Shown here: piece by piece, positions 31,573-41,464 of the stretch
Layout of the letters: every line of letters begins with the position of its first letter
Numbering within the stretch: position 1 is the first letter of the stretch
IMG/VR virus record: IMGVR_UViG_2534681703_000016
Source: a virus
Lineage: Duplodnaviria; Heunggongvirae; Uroviricota; Caudoviricetes
Length of the DNA: 49,238 nt
Direction: 5' to 3' (one strand)
The notes under the pieces: generated by a model
What the model saw: only the letters and a program-made list of their open reading frames with translations
Told to the model about the DNA's origin: nothing
Database searches by the model: none
Made by a program: the position numbers and the translations under genes

Positions 31573-31794
31573 CTAGTATCGAGACGGCCAAATATCTTGC
31601 GGTGTCATTCCCAGTGCATCTGCAATGATTTTCTCCGCTTTCGGATATCTCTTATCCAAAGCATTTTTTAATGTTGAAGACGAAAGATGATTAGATCTTC
31701 CCAATTCAGCTAGTGACATATTGCGTTTTCGTAGCTCTGCAACGATGTCAGCTCTGTGCCAATCTTGGCGGTTAGTTCTTTTATTCATATGCAT
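31573..31794 (-). CDS. ner: Ner DNA-binding regulator
   Basis: 73-aa ORF with ...[14 protein letters not shown]...IWPSRY, Ner family; directly upstream of A. Confidence 0.85.
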
Positions 31795-31979
31795 TTCATG
31801 TAATCCTTTCAGATTCCCCCGCGAGCTACGCTATAAAGTAGCTCACGGCATATCGTGCAATGTAGTGTGGAATCACTTTCAAATCAATAGTGATTTGAAA
31901 GGATTTGCCATGATTTCATATAACAGCATGATTTTTATATGAATTTATTTTGTCTCTATTGAAATCACTAGGATTTTAA
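31795..31979. promoter_or_regulatory. divergent early promoter/operator region between ner and c
   Basis: AT-rich 185-bp gap with palindromic TTTCAAATCA...TGATTTGAAA repeats between divergent c and ner. Confidence 0.6.
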
Positions 31980-32504
31980 ATGATGTCTTTTGAAATCAAA
32001 GAATGGTTTAATGCGAAAGAGCTGGAAGGGATGCCTGGTGTACCAAAGTTGGCGACTAACATTACCAGGAAAGCTGTGGCGGAAGATTGGGTAAAACGTC
32101 AGCGTCACGGTGGGAAAGGTGTCGCTTATGAGTATCACATCAACAGTCTGCCAGAAGAAACACGCAGGGCCATTAAAGGAGCCTCACTTTCTGATAAACC
32201 AGTGCATACATCAATCGCCCATACAGTTGATGAGAGGCTAATTTATGCAATGAGCTTCTTAACACCAGATGAGCAGGCCGCAGCTGTGGAGATCATTCGT
32301 GTGGCAGGGATTAAAGGACTTATGCCTACAATTGTCAGTAAAGATAAGGCATTAGAGGCATTAGGGATTACTGTGGAGCAACAGAAAACCCTGCAAACTC
32401 TTCAGGCATTACCACCGGAAAAAGTGAGAGAGATTTTGTCTCAGTATGAAGGCAAAGAACATAATTTCCCTGTAAGAGAAAACGATGTAAAGAAAGCTGT
32501 ATAA
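31980..32504 (+). CDS. c: prophage repressor c (D108-type)
   Basis: 174-aa ORF divergent from ner; N-terminal domain homologous to the N-terminus of the A protein in this window. Confidence 0.8.
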   Translation: MMSFEIKEWFNAKELEGMPGVPKLATNITRKAVAEDWVKRQRHGGKGVAYEYHINSLPEETRRAIKGASLSDKPVHTSIAHTVDERLIYAMSFLTPDEQAAAVEIIRVAGIKGLMPTIVSKDKALEALGITVEQQKTLQTLQALPPEKVREILSQYEGKEHNFPVRENDVKKAV

Positions 32505-32663
32505 CAACCAGGTAATAGCTAAGACATAAACTTCACTCCAGGCAATTACATATGTAAGATACCCAAACAGTGATGATTGTTTTTGACACACATCACTTGC
32601 TGAAAGCCTGGTTGTTACCGTTTTTGAAGCATTTTTGAAGCTGTACTTGAAATGATGCGTGAA

Positions 32664-32843
32664 GTAATTGCTTTTCGTGTCTTTAATGAATCAAAAGCTG
32701 TTTCCAACAATCTTTCGCGTTTCAAGATGTAACGGCTAAAATCTGTCCTACAGGCTTGCAAGCCCCACTAAATCTAATCCCGCCAAATCCCGAATAATCC
32801 AATGTCCTCCCGGTTTTTTTCGTACTTCAAGTGAATCAATACA
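32664..32843 (-). repeat. Mu-family left end (attL with transposase binding sites)
   Basis: reverse complement of 32799-32843 reads TGTATTGATTCACTTGAAGTACGAAAAAAACCGGGAGGACATTGG, the Mu left-end terminus; divergence from Mu further in fits D108-type. Confidence 0.85.
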
Positions 32844-32856
32844 GTGCTGATTTATG

Positions 32857-33159
32857 TCAGACGGGATTTTGCTTATCAATTATTGAGAACAGAAATTTTC
32901 CTGAATCATCAATACTATACTTAGCAAGTAAAGGTGTTTTCTCATTTATCTGCTTGAGTGCAGGATCAAGGAAAGATCGTTTCAACTCTGCCAAGTTCTT
33001 CTGCTGGGATTCCGGTAAGACGAAACGGTCATTTAACCAAGCATGAGTAGTAACCCATAAGCCTGAAGATTTGAATTGAGCAAGACTTTCATAAAGGCGG
33101 ATCGTCCGGGGATTTCGAAGACTGCCACAATCGCGGAGCGAGTAGGTGGTGAACTGGTT
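32857..33159 (-). pseudogene. C-terminal remnant (about 100 codons) of a second RepE-family replication initiator gene, truncated by IS1
   Basis: minus-strand translation ...FTTYSLRDCGSLRNPRTIRLYESLAQFKSSGLWVTTHAWLNDRFVLPESQQKN... parallels the C-terminus of the intact RepE-like protein at 40742-41464. Confidence 0.7.
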
Positions 33160-33174
33160 GGTAATGACTCCAAC

Positions 33175-33678
33175 TTACTGATAGTGTTTTATGTTCAGAT
33201 AATGCCCGATGACTTTGTCATGCAGCGCCACCGATTTTGAGAACGACAGTGACTTCCTGCCCAGCCTTGCCAGATGCTGCCTCAGATTCTGGTTATGCCG
33301 CTCAATTCGCTGCGTATATCGCTTGCTGATAACGTGCAGTTCTCCCTTCAGGCGGGATTCATAAAGCGGCCAGCCATCCGTCATCCATACCACGACCTCA
33401 AAGGCCGACAGCAGGCCCGGAAGACGCTCCAGCGTGGCCAGAGTACGCTCACCAAAGACGCGTGCCACCACCGTCCTGCACATCCTGCCATAGGCGTAAA
33501 ATAACCAGCGCTGACGTGATTTAGCCCCGACGTAGCCCCACTGTTCGTCCATTTCCGCGCAGACAATGACGTCACTGCCCGGTTGTATGCGTGAGGTTAC
33601 CGACTGCGGTCTGAGTTTTTTAAGTGACGTAAAATCGTGTTGAGGCCAACGCCCATAATGCGGGCGGTTGCCCGGCAT
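33175..33678 (-). CDS. insB: IS1 InsB frame (expressed as InsAB' fusion by -1 frameshift)
   Basis: 167-aa ORF ...[31 protein letters not shown]... matches IS1 InsB with a few substitutions. Confidence 0.88.
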   Translation of the reverse strand: MPGNRPHYGRWPQHDFTSLKKLRPQSVTSRIQPGSDVIVCAEMDEQWGYVGAKSRQRWLFYAYGRMCRTVVARVFGERTLATLERLPGLLSAFEVVVWMTDGWPLYESRLKGELHVISKRYTQRIERHNQNLRQHLARLGRKSLSFSKSVALHDKVIGHYLNIKHYQ

Positions 33679-33872
33679 CCAACGCCATTCATGGCCATAT
33701 CAATGATTTTCTGGTGCGTACCGGGCTGAGAGGCGGTGTAAGTGAACTGTAGCTGCCATGTTTTACGGCAGTGAGAGCAGAGATAGCGCTGATGTCCGGC
33801 AGTACTTTTACCGTTACGCACCACGCCTTCAGTAGCTGAGCAGGAGGGACAACTGATGGAGATGGAAGCCAC
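33597..33872 (-). CDS. insA: IS1 InsA
   Basis: 91-aa translation [42 protein letters not shown]... matches IS1 InsA as recalled. Confidence 0.92.
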   Translation of the reverse strand: MASISISCPSCSATEGVVRNGKSTAGHQRYLCSHCRKTWQLQFTYTASQPGTHQKIIDMAMNGVGCRATARIMGVGLNTILRHLKNSDRSR

Positions 33873-33927
33873 TGGAGCACCTCAAAGACACCATCGTACA
33901 CTAAATCAGTAAGTTGGCACCATTATC

Positions 33928-35873
33928 CGGCAGGCGATCTGGATTATCGTCACGCTGTTAAATATGTCGCGGTAGGGATACCCGTTACCGGATACCCCCC
34001 GCACAGATCCCGGCGTGCGCGATTTACGCACCGGGCTCCTGCCTCGGGTGTCTGGCGGTGAACCGCTCCACAGGCCATGGATGAAGAACCCGAACCCTTG
34101 GTAGCCATGCGGCTGCCAGTTTGTTTGCTTTCGTCCAGGTCGTATCATCCTTCTGGCTCCTGCGCCTGAGCGCCCGGCGCCAGAGGTTTGTTACGTGTGT
34201 CCTGAACTTCTGCATGGTGGGGAAGTTGCCCGGTACCGAGTGATAGTTCAGGTATCCCTGAACCACTCTCCTGAGCCATTTTCCCTGTTCGGGGATTGAG
34301 TAATGCCAGCGCCTTCGCAGACCGTCTTTGATGGCTTTCAGAGTTGCCGTCATCCGATCCCGGCGGGTCTTTCGTATCAGCATGAACCTGCCGTTGCGAT
34401 CTTTCCCGCTGATGTGCGTGAACCCGAGGAAGTTGAACGTTTCTGGTTTGCCTTTTCCCCTGATGGCACGGTTTTCGGCAGCGAAGCGGCCGAACTCCAT
34501 CAGACGGGTTTTCTCCGGGTGAACCGTGAGTCCGAACTCCCTCAGTCTGCGCTGCATGGCTATACGGAAGCGCCGGGCATCGTATCGTTTGTCGAACCCG
34601 ATGACGATGTCATCGGCGTATCTGACCATTACCACATTGCCTGTGGCATAGCGACGTCGCCACTGATGCGCCCACAGATCGAAGACGTAGTGGAGGTATA
34701 TGTTTGCCAGCAGCGGTGAGATGACCGCACCCTGTGGGGTGCCTTCCTCCGTTGCTCGCCATTGACCCTCCTCCAACGTCCCGGCTGTGAGCCACTTACG
34801 TATGAGCCTGATTACGCTCCGGTCGCCGATCCGATGCTCTGTGAACCTGATCAGCCATTCGTGGCTCACCCTGTCGAAGAACTGACTGATGTCGGCATCC
34901 AGTACCCAGTTTACGTTAGTGCGTACCAGCCCTGTGGCCAGTGCGTCCAGTGCATCGTGCTGGCTTCGCCCGGGTCTGAACCCGTATGAGAACCCCATAA
35001 AGTCGTTTTCATAGACTGCGTTCAGGATTTTCACCAGCGCATACTGGACGATCTTGTCCTCCAGCGAGGCGATGCCGAGCGGGCGTTGTTTTCCATCCGC
35101 TTTTGGGATGTAGTGACGCCTGCCGGGCTGCGCCCTGTAGCTGCCCTAATGTAGCCTCCGGTGCAGATCTGTTATGTTGTTCTTCATGTTTCCGGCGTAG
35201 TCCATCCACCTGATGCCATCCACTCCGGCGGCCGCTTTCCTGCTCAGGGAGAGGAATGCGGCTTCCAGTGCTTCGACTGTCAGCAGGTGGAACAATGCTG
35301 TAAACCGTTCTTTCTTCCGCTGCTTCGCAGCTTCCCGCACGCGTGACAGCCTCTGTGACATGCTTTCCCGGCTCTGTGTCCGGCGCATGTGTGGCTGTTC
35401 CGCGTTCCCCTTGGCCCCGCTCCTTCGCTCCACTGACTCCGCTCCTTTCGGGTTGTTCGCCTGCTTCGCCGCTACTATGAGCGAGTCCGACTTCTCCTCT
35501 CCGTACATCACCGGCTATGACTCCTCGTCTTCCCGGTGCGGGCCGTCTCCGACACTGGCAGATGGTCAGAGGGGAGATCTCCCGGTTCCCGCGTAGAGAT
35601 CGTATTGACATGCCAGGGTCTCAGACCCCGCCGGGTCCATGTGGCACTCGCAGTATCGCACCCTATGATGTTGCCTTCCGTTAACAGTACAACGTCGGCA
35701 CCCGGTAATTTAATATACATTTCGTGGCTCAATGGCTGGCCTGTCAACACCCCTGTCAACGCTTCGCCCCATACCTCGCGGTATGCAACGCATGACTCGG
35801 GGACCTTGTGGATTGCTGGTCCTTCAATGGTCGGGGACTTTCACCCCTTGATCTCTACCGGTCTCCCGGTGAG
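33928..35873 (-). mobile_element. group II intron (boundaries approximate)
   Basis: RT/maturase ORF flanked by about 0.1 kb of 3' and about 0.4 kb of 5' non-coding structured sequence; abuts IS1 at the 3' side and the umuDC SOS box at the 5' side. Confidence 0.5.
34024..35511 (-). pseudogene. group II intron reverse transcriptase/maturase interrupted by a single in-frame amber codon
   Basis: ORFs 35146..35511 and 34024..35034 are in the same frame, separated by TAG at 35146-35148; read-through gives continuous RT motifs (AAGVDGI..., RPLGI, YADD, FLGF, maturase X domain). Confidence 0.75.
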
Positions 35874-35893
35874 CACTGTATGTATAACCAGTA
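35874..35893 (+). promoter_or_regulatory. LexA (SOS) box upstream of umuD
   Basis: CACTGTATGTATAACCAGTA, 16/20 match to TACTGTATATATATACAGTA with CTG-N10-CAG core, 24 bp upstream of the umuD ATG. Confidence 0.6.
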
Positions 35894-35916
35894 AAATTAG
35901 AGTGTCAGGAGGAAAG

Positions 35917-36348
35917 ATGAAACTACAACTTTTCAGCACCGGGAAAGAACTCCCGCCACAGGCCCATCCATTGTTTGCCGATCTGGCCAGCTGCGGTTTT
36001 CCCAGCCCTGCTGCTGACTATGTCGAGTCCGATCTGGATCTCCATGATTACTGCATACGGCATCCGAGCGCGACGTACTACCTGCGTGCCAGCGGAGACA
36101 GCATGGCCGACGGCAGTCTGTACAATGGCGATCTGCTGGTTGTGGACAGTGCTGAAAAGCCGCGGCACGGCGATATCGTTGTCGCCAGCATGCAGGGGGA
36201 GTTTACGGTGAAACGGCTTCTGCTGACGCCGCGACTGACGCTGCAGCCCATGAATGCCTCCTGGTCGCCGATTTATCCTGATCCCGACGAGCTGGATATC
36301 TTTGGCGTCGTCACGCATATCATCCACCGCCCGAGGGAGATGTACTGA
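35917..36348 (+). CDS. umuD: UmuD-like SOS mutagenesis protein (LexA-type S24 peptidase)
   Basis: ORF 35536..36348; ATG at 35917 after GGAGGAAAG; translation ...[12 protein letters not shown]...[18 protein letters not shown]...GEFTVKRL... closely parallels E. coli UmuD. Confidence 0.9.
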   Translation: MKLQLFSTGKELPPQAHPLFADLASCGFPSPAADYVESDLDLHDYCIRHPSATYYLRASGDSMADGSLYNGDLLVVDSAEKPRHGDIVVASMQGEFTVKRLLLTPRLTLQPMNASWSPIYPDPDELDIFGVVTHIIHRPREMY

Positions 36349-37619
36349 TGTTTGCCCTGGCCGATGTGAACAGCTTCTATGCCAGCTGTGAACGTGTTTT
36401 CCGCCCGGATTTGAAAGGAAAGCCGATAGTCGTCCTGAGCAACAACGACGGGAATGTAATCGCTCGCAGTGCCGAGGCGAAGCCCTGGATCAAAATGGAA
36501 ACTCCGTGGTTTCAGATAAAAAACGAAAGATACCCGGAAAAAATATATGCGTTTTCAAGTAACTATGAACTTTATGCCTCGATGTTGGCGCGCGTGATGA
36601 ACAGCCTGGAGGAACTGGCCCCCAGAGTGGAACAGTATTCAATTGATGAGATGTTCCTCGATTTGACCGGCGTGGAGCACTGTATGGAGCTTGAGGACTT
36701 CGGCCGGCAGCTGCGTCAGCACGTGTATGACTGTACCCACCTGACCATTGGCGTGGGCGCCGGACCAACGAAGACCCTCGCAAAATCAGCCCAGTGGGCC
36801 TCAAAAGAGTGGAAACAGTTTCGTGGCGTACTTGCTCTGACCAGGGGAAATCCGCAGAGAACGCGGAAACTGCTTTCACTGCAGCCGGTTGAAGAAATCT
36901 GGGGGGTGGGTAACCGTATTGCACGCAAGCTGAATGTACTGGGCATTAAGACCGCGCTCGATCTCGCCCTGACGAACCCGGCCTTCATCCGCAAAAATTT
37001 TTCTGTGGTCCTTGAGCGAACGGTACGGGAACTGAACGGGGAAAGCTGCCTTTCGCTTGAGGAAGCCCCTCCGACGAAACAGCAAATTGTCTGCAGCCGC
37101 AGTTTTGGCGTGAAGATCACGGAGTACGAGTCACTCCGTCAGGCTATCTGTCAGCACGCAGAGCGGGCCTCTGAAAAACTGCGTAAAGAGCACCAGTATT
37201 GCCGGCATATTTCCGTTTTCATCAAAACGTCTCCGTTCGCCATTAAAGAGCCTTACTACGGCAACGTGGCTACGGAAAAACTTCTTACACCCACTCAGGA
37301 CACCAGGGACATCATTGCAGCCGCTACAACGGCTCTGGAGCGTATCTGGAGGGATGGGCACCGGTATGCCAAAGCCGGAGTTATGCTGAATGACTTCACC
37401 GGCTCCGGCGTTTCGCAGCTGCAGCTGTTCGACGAACGCCCGCCACGCCCTTACAGTGCTGAGCTGATGAAGGTTCTGGACGGGATCAACAACTCAGGGC
37501 TGGGTAAAGTATGGTTTGCGGGGCGGGGTATTGCCCCGGAATGGCAGATGAAACGGGAGATGCTTTCTCCTGCTTATACGACACGATGGTCAGATATTCC
37601 TTCAGCGAAACTGGCGTAA
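36348..37619 (+). CDS. umuC: UmuC-like Y-family DNA polymerase V catalytic subunit
   Basis: 423-aa [44 protein letters not shown]... parallels E. coli UmuC; ATGA-type coupling to umuD. Confidence 0.92.
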   Translation: MFALADVNSFYASCERVFRPDLKGKPIVVLSNNDGNVIARSAEAKPWIKMETPWFQIKNERYPEKIYAFSSNYELYASMLARVMNSLEELAPRVEQYSIDEMFLDLTGVEHCMELEDFGRQLRQHVYDCTHLTIGVGAGPTKTLAKSAQWASKEWKQFRGVLALTRGNPQRTRKLLSLQPVEEIWGVGNRIARKLNVLGIKTALDLALTNPAFIRKNFSVVLERTVRELNGESCLSLEEAPPTKQQIVCSRSFGVKITEYESLRQAICQHAERASEKLRKEHQYCRHISVFIKTSPFAIKEPYYGNVATEKLLTPTQDTRDIIAAATTALERIWRDGHRYAKAGVMLNDFTGSGVSQLQLFDERPPRPYSAELMKVLDGINNSGLGKVWFAGRGIAPEWQMKREMLSPAYTTRWSDIPSAKLA

Positions 37620-37624
37620 AACTT

Positions 37625-37702
37625 TGGCGATTTCACCTTGAAATTCTCAGCCTAAACTGCCTAATTACAATAAGTTAGATGTGAAATCGCCATGGCGAAA
37701 TT
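37625..37702. promoter_or_regulatory. parS-like centromere downstream of parB
   Basis: P1-type heptamer ATTTCAC at 37630-37636 and inverted GTGAAAT plus hexamers TCGCCA/TGGCGA at 37681-37698. Confidence 0.5.
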
Positions 37703-38678
37703 ATTGACTCAAATTTCTGTCAAGGACCTCGTTGATAGCCTTGTCCAGTTCATCCTGAATCACTTTTGACATACGGCTAAACTCATAAGTCAGCGTACGC
37801 CCTTTCACACGCTTACGCGCGAACTTGTCCTTTTCTTCAAAAGACCAGAGTGGGGAAACCACTGACTTTTCCTTGGGAGATGGATCTATCAATGCCTGAG
37901 ATGCCTGAGAAATCAGCTTCAGTATACTGGCTTTCTGTTCGTCTTCTGGTCGCTCGCCTTCACTCAAAATTGCATCGAGCTGAGCTGATACAGACTGAAT
38001 GAGTTCTTCAGGCGTTAATCCCTTTTCACTGAGTTTTTCATTAACTTCTAAAAGAAGTTTATAGTCACTAAACGATAGCTCCGACTGAACCGGGAACAGA
38101 GAAATCAAGTCTTGCGGTACGGCCGCCGCCTGCAGCGCCCTGGTAACTTTAGCTTGAGATAACCCCTCCAGTTCAGCAATTTCCTTTTGATTAAATCCGG
38201 ACTCTTTAAGAGCGATCAATCTCAGGCCAATCTCCCGAAGATTATGTTCTTTAGCTGTCTGGATATCTTTAGCCAGTTGGCGAGCTTCATCAGCTGATAA
38301 ATGCTCTTCGGTAACCATTACATCAAGGCCTGTACGGACAAAAATTGCTGAGGCTCGCCGTCTTGAACCATCCAGTATCTCAATCCTTTCACTTTGCTTA
38401 ATACCAATACAGGGAAAGAACTGCTGAAACTTAATCGTCTGGATAATGGATTTCAGGGATTCCCTGGTCAGTGCAAGTTGATCTCTTCCGTTGTTTTCCT
38501 GGTTTACGAAGGTCTTACTTTCAACTTCAGATGCAGGCACCCGAACAAACCTGAACGTTACCTTCCTGCCGGTTTTTAAGGTAAATACCTGGCTTCTACC
38601 GGTGTCCGTCATTTCCGCAATTGACGCCTGGGTATTTAACTGTCTGCCGATGGTTTTTCTTTTCTCATTCGACATCAC
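37701..38678 (-). CDS. parB: ParB partition protein (P1 ParB / F SopB family)
   Basis: 325-aa ORF with ...IEILDGSRRRASAI..., ...EGLSQAKVTRALQAA... HTH and C-terminal dimerisation region; follows parA with ATGA overlap. Confidence 0.85.
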   Translation of the reverse strand: MMSNEKRKTIGRQLNTQASIAEMTDTGRSQVFTLKTGRKVTFRFVRVPASEVESKTFVNQENNGRDQLALTRESLKSIIQTIKFQQFFPCIGIKQSERIEILDGSRRRASAIFVRTGLDVMVTEEHLSADEARQLAKDIQTAKEHNLREIGLRLIALKESGFNQKEIAELEGLSQAKVTRALQAAAVPQDLISLFPVQSELSFSDYKLLLEVNEKLSEKGLTPEELIQSVSAQLDAILSEGERPEDEQKASILKLISQASQALIDPSPKEKSVVSPLWSFEEKDKFARKRVKGRTLTYEFSRMSKVIQDELDKAINEVLDRNLSQ

Positions 38679-39880
38679 ATACCTCCGTTAGTACGAATGA
38701 ACTCGATGCGATCAAAGACTGCCTTCGCAAAGTCTTCCGCTGCTGATTTTGCGCTTTTTAGTGCCTCTGTACTTCCATCATAGGTTGCTGGATTTGCTGA
38801 AATAACTGTGTCAAAAGTCTCCCCACAACGTTCGAAACCATCCAGTCTTGGCAGAACCATGTCTAGCATATCGGCACCGAAAACCTCTTTGGCCTGACTA
38901 TGGCAAATTTTGTGATCAGACTTGTTCAGGATCTTGGACATGAAGCCGACATTACCGATGAGATTGCAGGTGTGCCCATCCATTTCGATGGAATCTATGA
39001 GGGCAGGGAGGCTGGCCACAAACTTCAGGGAAGAATGAAAATCAACCGTCGCCGGTGGAAGAGGGGTCAACATCAGGTCTGCCGCCCCAATGCAGTTTTT
39101 CAGGAACGCATCAAGGTGAGGACCACTATCAAGGAAAATAAAGTCGTAGTCATGCTGGAGCTTGTCGATAATGTTCTCTTTAAGCACCGCATGAATATTT
39201 TTCCCTGGCAGATGTTCTTCACACAATCCCTTCCAGCCTTCAGCAAGGAATGCATCGTCAATGGAAGCGGGGATTACATCAACACCAGGGATAATAGACG
39301 GTACTATAAAATCGGAAAGTAATTCTTCACGAGACACGTTCTGGAGCATGGCCTGAGCAGCCGTATTTTCAACCAAGCCCACTGAATTCTCATGGCTCAG
39401 GAACATTGTCAGAGATGCCTGCGGATCGAAATCGATGGCCAGAATACGCAGGTCTTCGAACAGAAGCTGAGGATGAGCTCGAAAAGCATGTGATAATGAA
39501 GCGGTAGAAACTGTCTTGGAACCACCACCTTTAAGATTACATACAAAAATCGTAAAGGCTTTATCGAAGCGATCCCTGTACTTCGGTACTTTACGATGGT
39601 TATACAGATCGATGACATTCTGAATCGTCATCGCGTATTTCATCGTATTACCAGAAGGTTTCTTTTTAAAAATGTAGCCACCGGCTTCCATTTCGGACAC
39701 AGCATACTCAACACTGCCTTTACTGAGCTTAGGCAGCTTATACAGAGCGGCTTTGCTGTATTCCTGATAGAACTCGGTAAGCTTCAATTCCTCTTTTTGC
39801 TGTCGGATACTTTCGCTCAAAGATGTCAGAAGCTTACCTGCACGTGTAGCGACTTTCCGTAACTGCTCAATATTGTCCAT
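38675..39880 (-). CDS. parA: ParA partition ATPase (type Ia, with N-terminal regulatory domain)
   Basis: 401-aa ORF with deviant Walker A KGGGSKT and long N-terminal extension typical of P1 ParA / F SopA. Confidence 0.88.
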   Translation of the reverse strand: MDNIEQLRKVATRAGKLLTSLSESIRQQKEELKLTEFYQEYSKAALYKLPKLSKGSVEYAVSEMEAGGYIFKKKPSGNTMKYAMTIQNVIDLYNHRKVPKYRDRFDKAFTIFVCNLKGGGSKTVSTASLSHAFRAHPQLLFEDLRILAIDFDPQASLTMFLSHENSVGLVENTAAQAMLQNVSREELLSDFIVPSIIPGVDVIPASIDDAFLAEGWKGLCEEHLPGKNIHAVLKENIIDKLQHDYDFIFLDSGPHLDAFLKNCIGAADLMLTPLPPATVDFHSSLKFVASLPALIDSIEMDGHTCNLIGNVGFMSKILNKSDHKICHSQAKEVFGADMLDMVLPRLDGFERCGETFDTVISANPATYDGSTEALKSAKSAAEDFAKAVFDRIEFIRTNGGM

Positions 39881-39889
39881 TTATCACCT

Positions 39890-39928
39890 CATGACGTTTT
39901 TTGTCATTTTGAACAAAAAGTGTCATGT
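39890..39928. promoter_or_regulatory. palindromic candidate parA operator
   Basis: CATGACGTTTTTTGTCATTTTGAACAAAAAGTGTCATG imperfect palindrome 10 bp upstream of the parA start. Confidence 0.45.
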
Positions 39929-40272
39929 TGCAAGAAAAAAAATCATATTGTTTTGATTTCGCTCTCAACAGAAGGGGGATGAAGCTCGACGGGCGTGCTA
40001 CTAAATCACACTGCAGCAACACGCAGACGCACTTTTGACCATCAACAGCAACTCATACAAAAGGGCTTTGAGAAAGGTATTCAACTTGCAAGACAGGAGA
40101 GTCATTCAGAAGGATTCTGATTTTAGTTACGACCAGTGCAATGCTGAGCCTTATGTATCAGCGCTCGCCGCAGCCATGTAACCGAGCGTAGCGAGCGAAC
40201 TGGCGAGGAAGCGAAGAGGAACCGTTCCGGCAGATAGCTCTTACGCTCAGCACAAGAAGAGTTTTCCATCCT

Positions 40273-40690
40273 CTGTGGGAAACAGGTCAACTTTAATGGA
40301 CGCTCCGGACTATGGGAAACAGGTCAACTTCGCGGACGGCCCGGACTATGGGAAACAGGTCAACTTCACGGGCGGCCGGGAGTGTGGGGAACAGGTCAAC
40401 TTCGCGGACGGCCCGGATTATGGGAAACAGGTCAACTTCGCGGGCGGCCGGGACTGTGGGAAACAGGTCAACTTTGCAGACGGCCCGGACTGTGGGAAAC
40501 AGGTCAACTTCGCGGGCGGCCGGGAGTGTGGGGAACAGGTCAACTTCGCGGACGGCCCGGACTAAGGGAAACAGGTCAGCTTCTCGGACGGCCCGGACTA
40601 TGGGAAACAGGTCAACTTCTCGGACGGTCGGGAGTGTGGGAAACAGGTCAAGTTAGGCAAGCACTATGGGAAACACAGCAAGTTCAGTAT
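40273..40690. repeat. iteron array, 11 copies of a 36-37-bp direct repeat plus one degenerate copy (incA/incC-like copy control)
   Basis: core TGGGAAACAGGTCAAC recurs at 40277, 40313, 40350, 40385, 40422, 40458, 40494, 40530, 40565, 40601, 40637; no unique spacers. Confidence 0.85.
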
Positions 40691-40741
40691 CCCCCCATAT
40701 GTCAGCAACAAACTAAGGGGGGAGGAAATAAAAATTACAGA

Positions 40742-41464
40742 CTATTGTTTTTTATCAAGAAAATTAAACAGCAAGCGACCATCTTCTTCAGTGGTATATG
40801 TTACCTTTAATGGCGTCTTCTCATTAATTTTCTTCAGAGCAGGTTCCAGGAAGGTACGCTTCATTTCAGCAATATTGTTTTTCTGCGAGGCAGGGAGCAT
40901 AAACCTTTCACATAACCAGTCATGTGTGGTGATCCAGACACCAGTGCTCCGGAACTGACACAGGCTTTCATAAAGCCGGATGACACGAACACTATTAAGC
41001 TGGCCACAGTCATAGAGAGAATAGGTAGTGAACTGGGAGGTTAAGCCGACCAGGAATGGCATGACCTTGTAGTTAAATTCAATCTGCCAGGAACCCCGGC
41101 CTCGCTTCATTCCTGCTTCAGCCAGCCACGGACGTTTAACTTCTTCAAACTCACCTTCTTTTGGATAAAAGGTAACCGTTGATTCGCCCAGAGCATTTAC
41201 CCCAGCCTTCACATCACGACTGGCGACAGACGTAGCGACATTGAAGTATTTGACGTAATCGGAAACGCTGATTTTGAAGAGCGGCAATACGTCAGAGTCA
41301 TCTTCCTGGCTGTCATTAAAATAGGCCTGCATGAGGCATAACCACAGCACACGTTTTGCCTGAAGAGGCAGGTAATATGCAGCTTCGGTCAATTCGTTAG
41401 ATTGCTTTATACTGGCGCGTTTTTTAAACGTTTTAGTAGCTGGCAAGAGTGCTTGAGTATCCAT
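40742..41464 (-). CDS. repA: RepE-like replication initiator (Rep_3 family)
   Basis: ORF 40742..41623; start reassigned to ATG at 41464 (MDTQALLPATKTFKKRASIKQSNELTEAAYYLP...), paralleling F RepE N-terminus; ...RLYESLCQFRS... motif. Confidence 0.88.
   Translation of the reverse strand: MDTQALLPATKTFKKRASIKQSNELTEAAYYLPLQAKRVLWLCLMQAYFNDSQEDDSDVLPLFKISVSDYVKYFNVATSVASRDVKAGVNALGESTVTFYPKEGEFEEVKRPWLAEAGMKRGRGSWQIEFNYKVMPFLVGLTSQFTTYSLYDCGQLNSVRVIRLYESLCQFRSTGVWITTHDWLCERFMLPASQKNNIAEMKRTFLEPALKKINEKTPLKVTYTTEEDGRLLFNFLDKKQ

Larger units (their letters stand above)
895..32843 (-). mobile_element. Mu/D108-family transposable prophage, right end deleted (defective)
   Basis: complete Mu gene order c-ner-A-B-gam-gemA-mor-C-lys-head-tail-baseplate on minus strand; left end at 32843; tail fibre gene cut by IS26 at 894. 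Confidence 0.92.
33160..33927 (-). mobile_element. IS1 (768 bp)
   Basis: terminal GGTAATGACTCCAACTTA at 33160 and inverted variant end near 33927; InsA and InsB reading frames. Confidence 0.93.

Noticed and set aside
32409-32591. 60-aa minus-strand ORF overlapping the 3' end of the repressor gene
   Set aside because: Overlaps the well-supported c gene and the left-end region; no RBS; hydrophobic low-complexity translation.
32831-33046. 71-aa plus-strand ORF (GTG start) beginning inside the Mu left end
   Set aside because: It spans the Mu terminus and the minus-strand rep remnant; the minus-strand reading has clear RepE-family similarity, so the plus ORF is spurious.
35009-36348. ORFs 35009..35611 (minus) and the 5' extension of 35536..36348 (plus) across the intron 5' region
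   Set aside because: 35009..35611 is an off-frame read of the intron RT region with an Arg/Gly-rich translation; the real plus-strand gene starts at 35917 (umuD) with RBS and SOS box, so the upstream 127 codons are read-through of intron sequence.
40275-40810. Three overlapping plus-strand ORFs (96, 114, 142 aa) with highly repetitive translations, and a repeat array that superficially resembles a CRISPR array
   Set aside because: The ORFs are artefacts of translating the 36-37-bp iterons; the repeats are contiguous with no unique spacers and sit between repA and parA, so this is an iteron array, not CRISPR or a repeat-protein gene.
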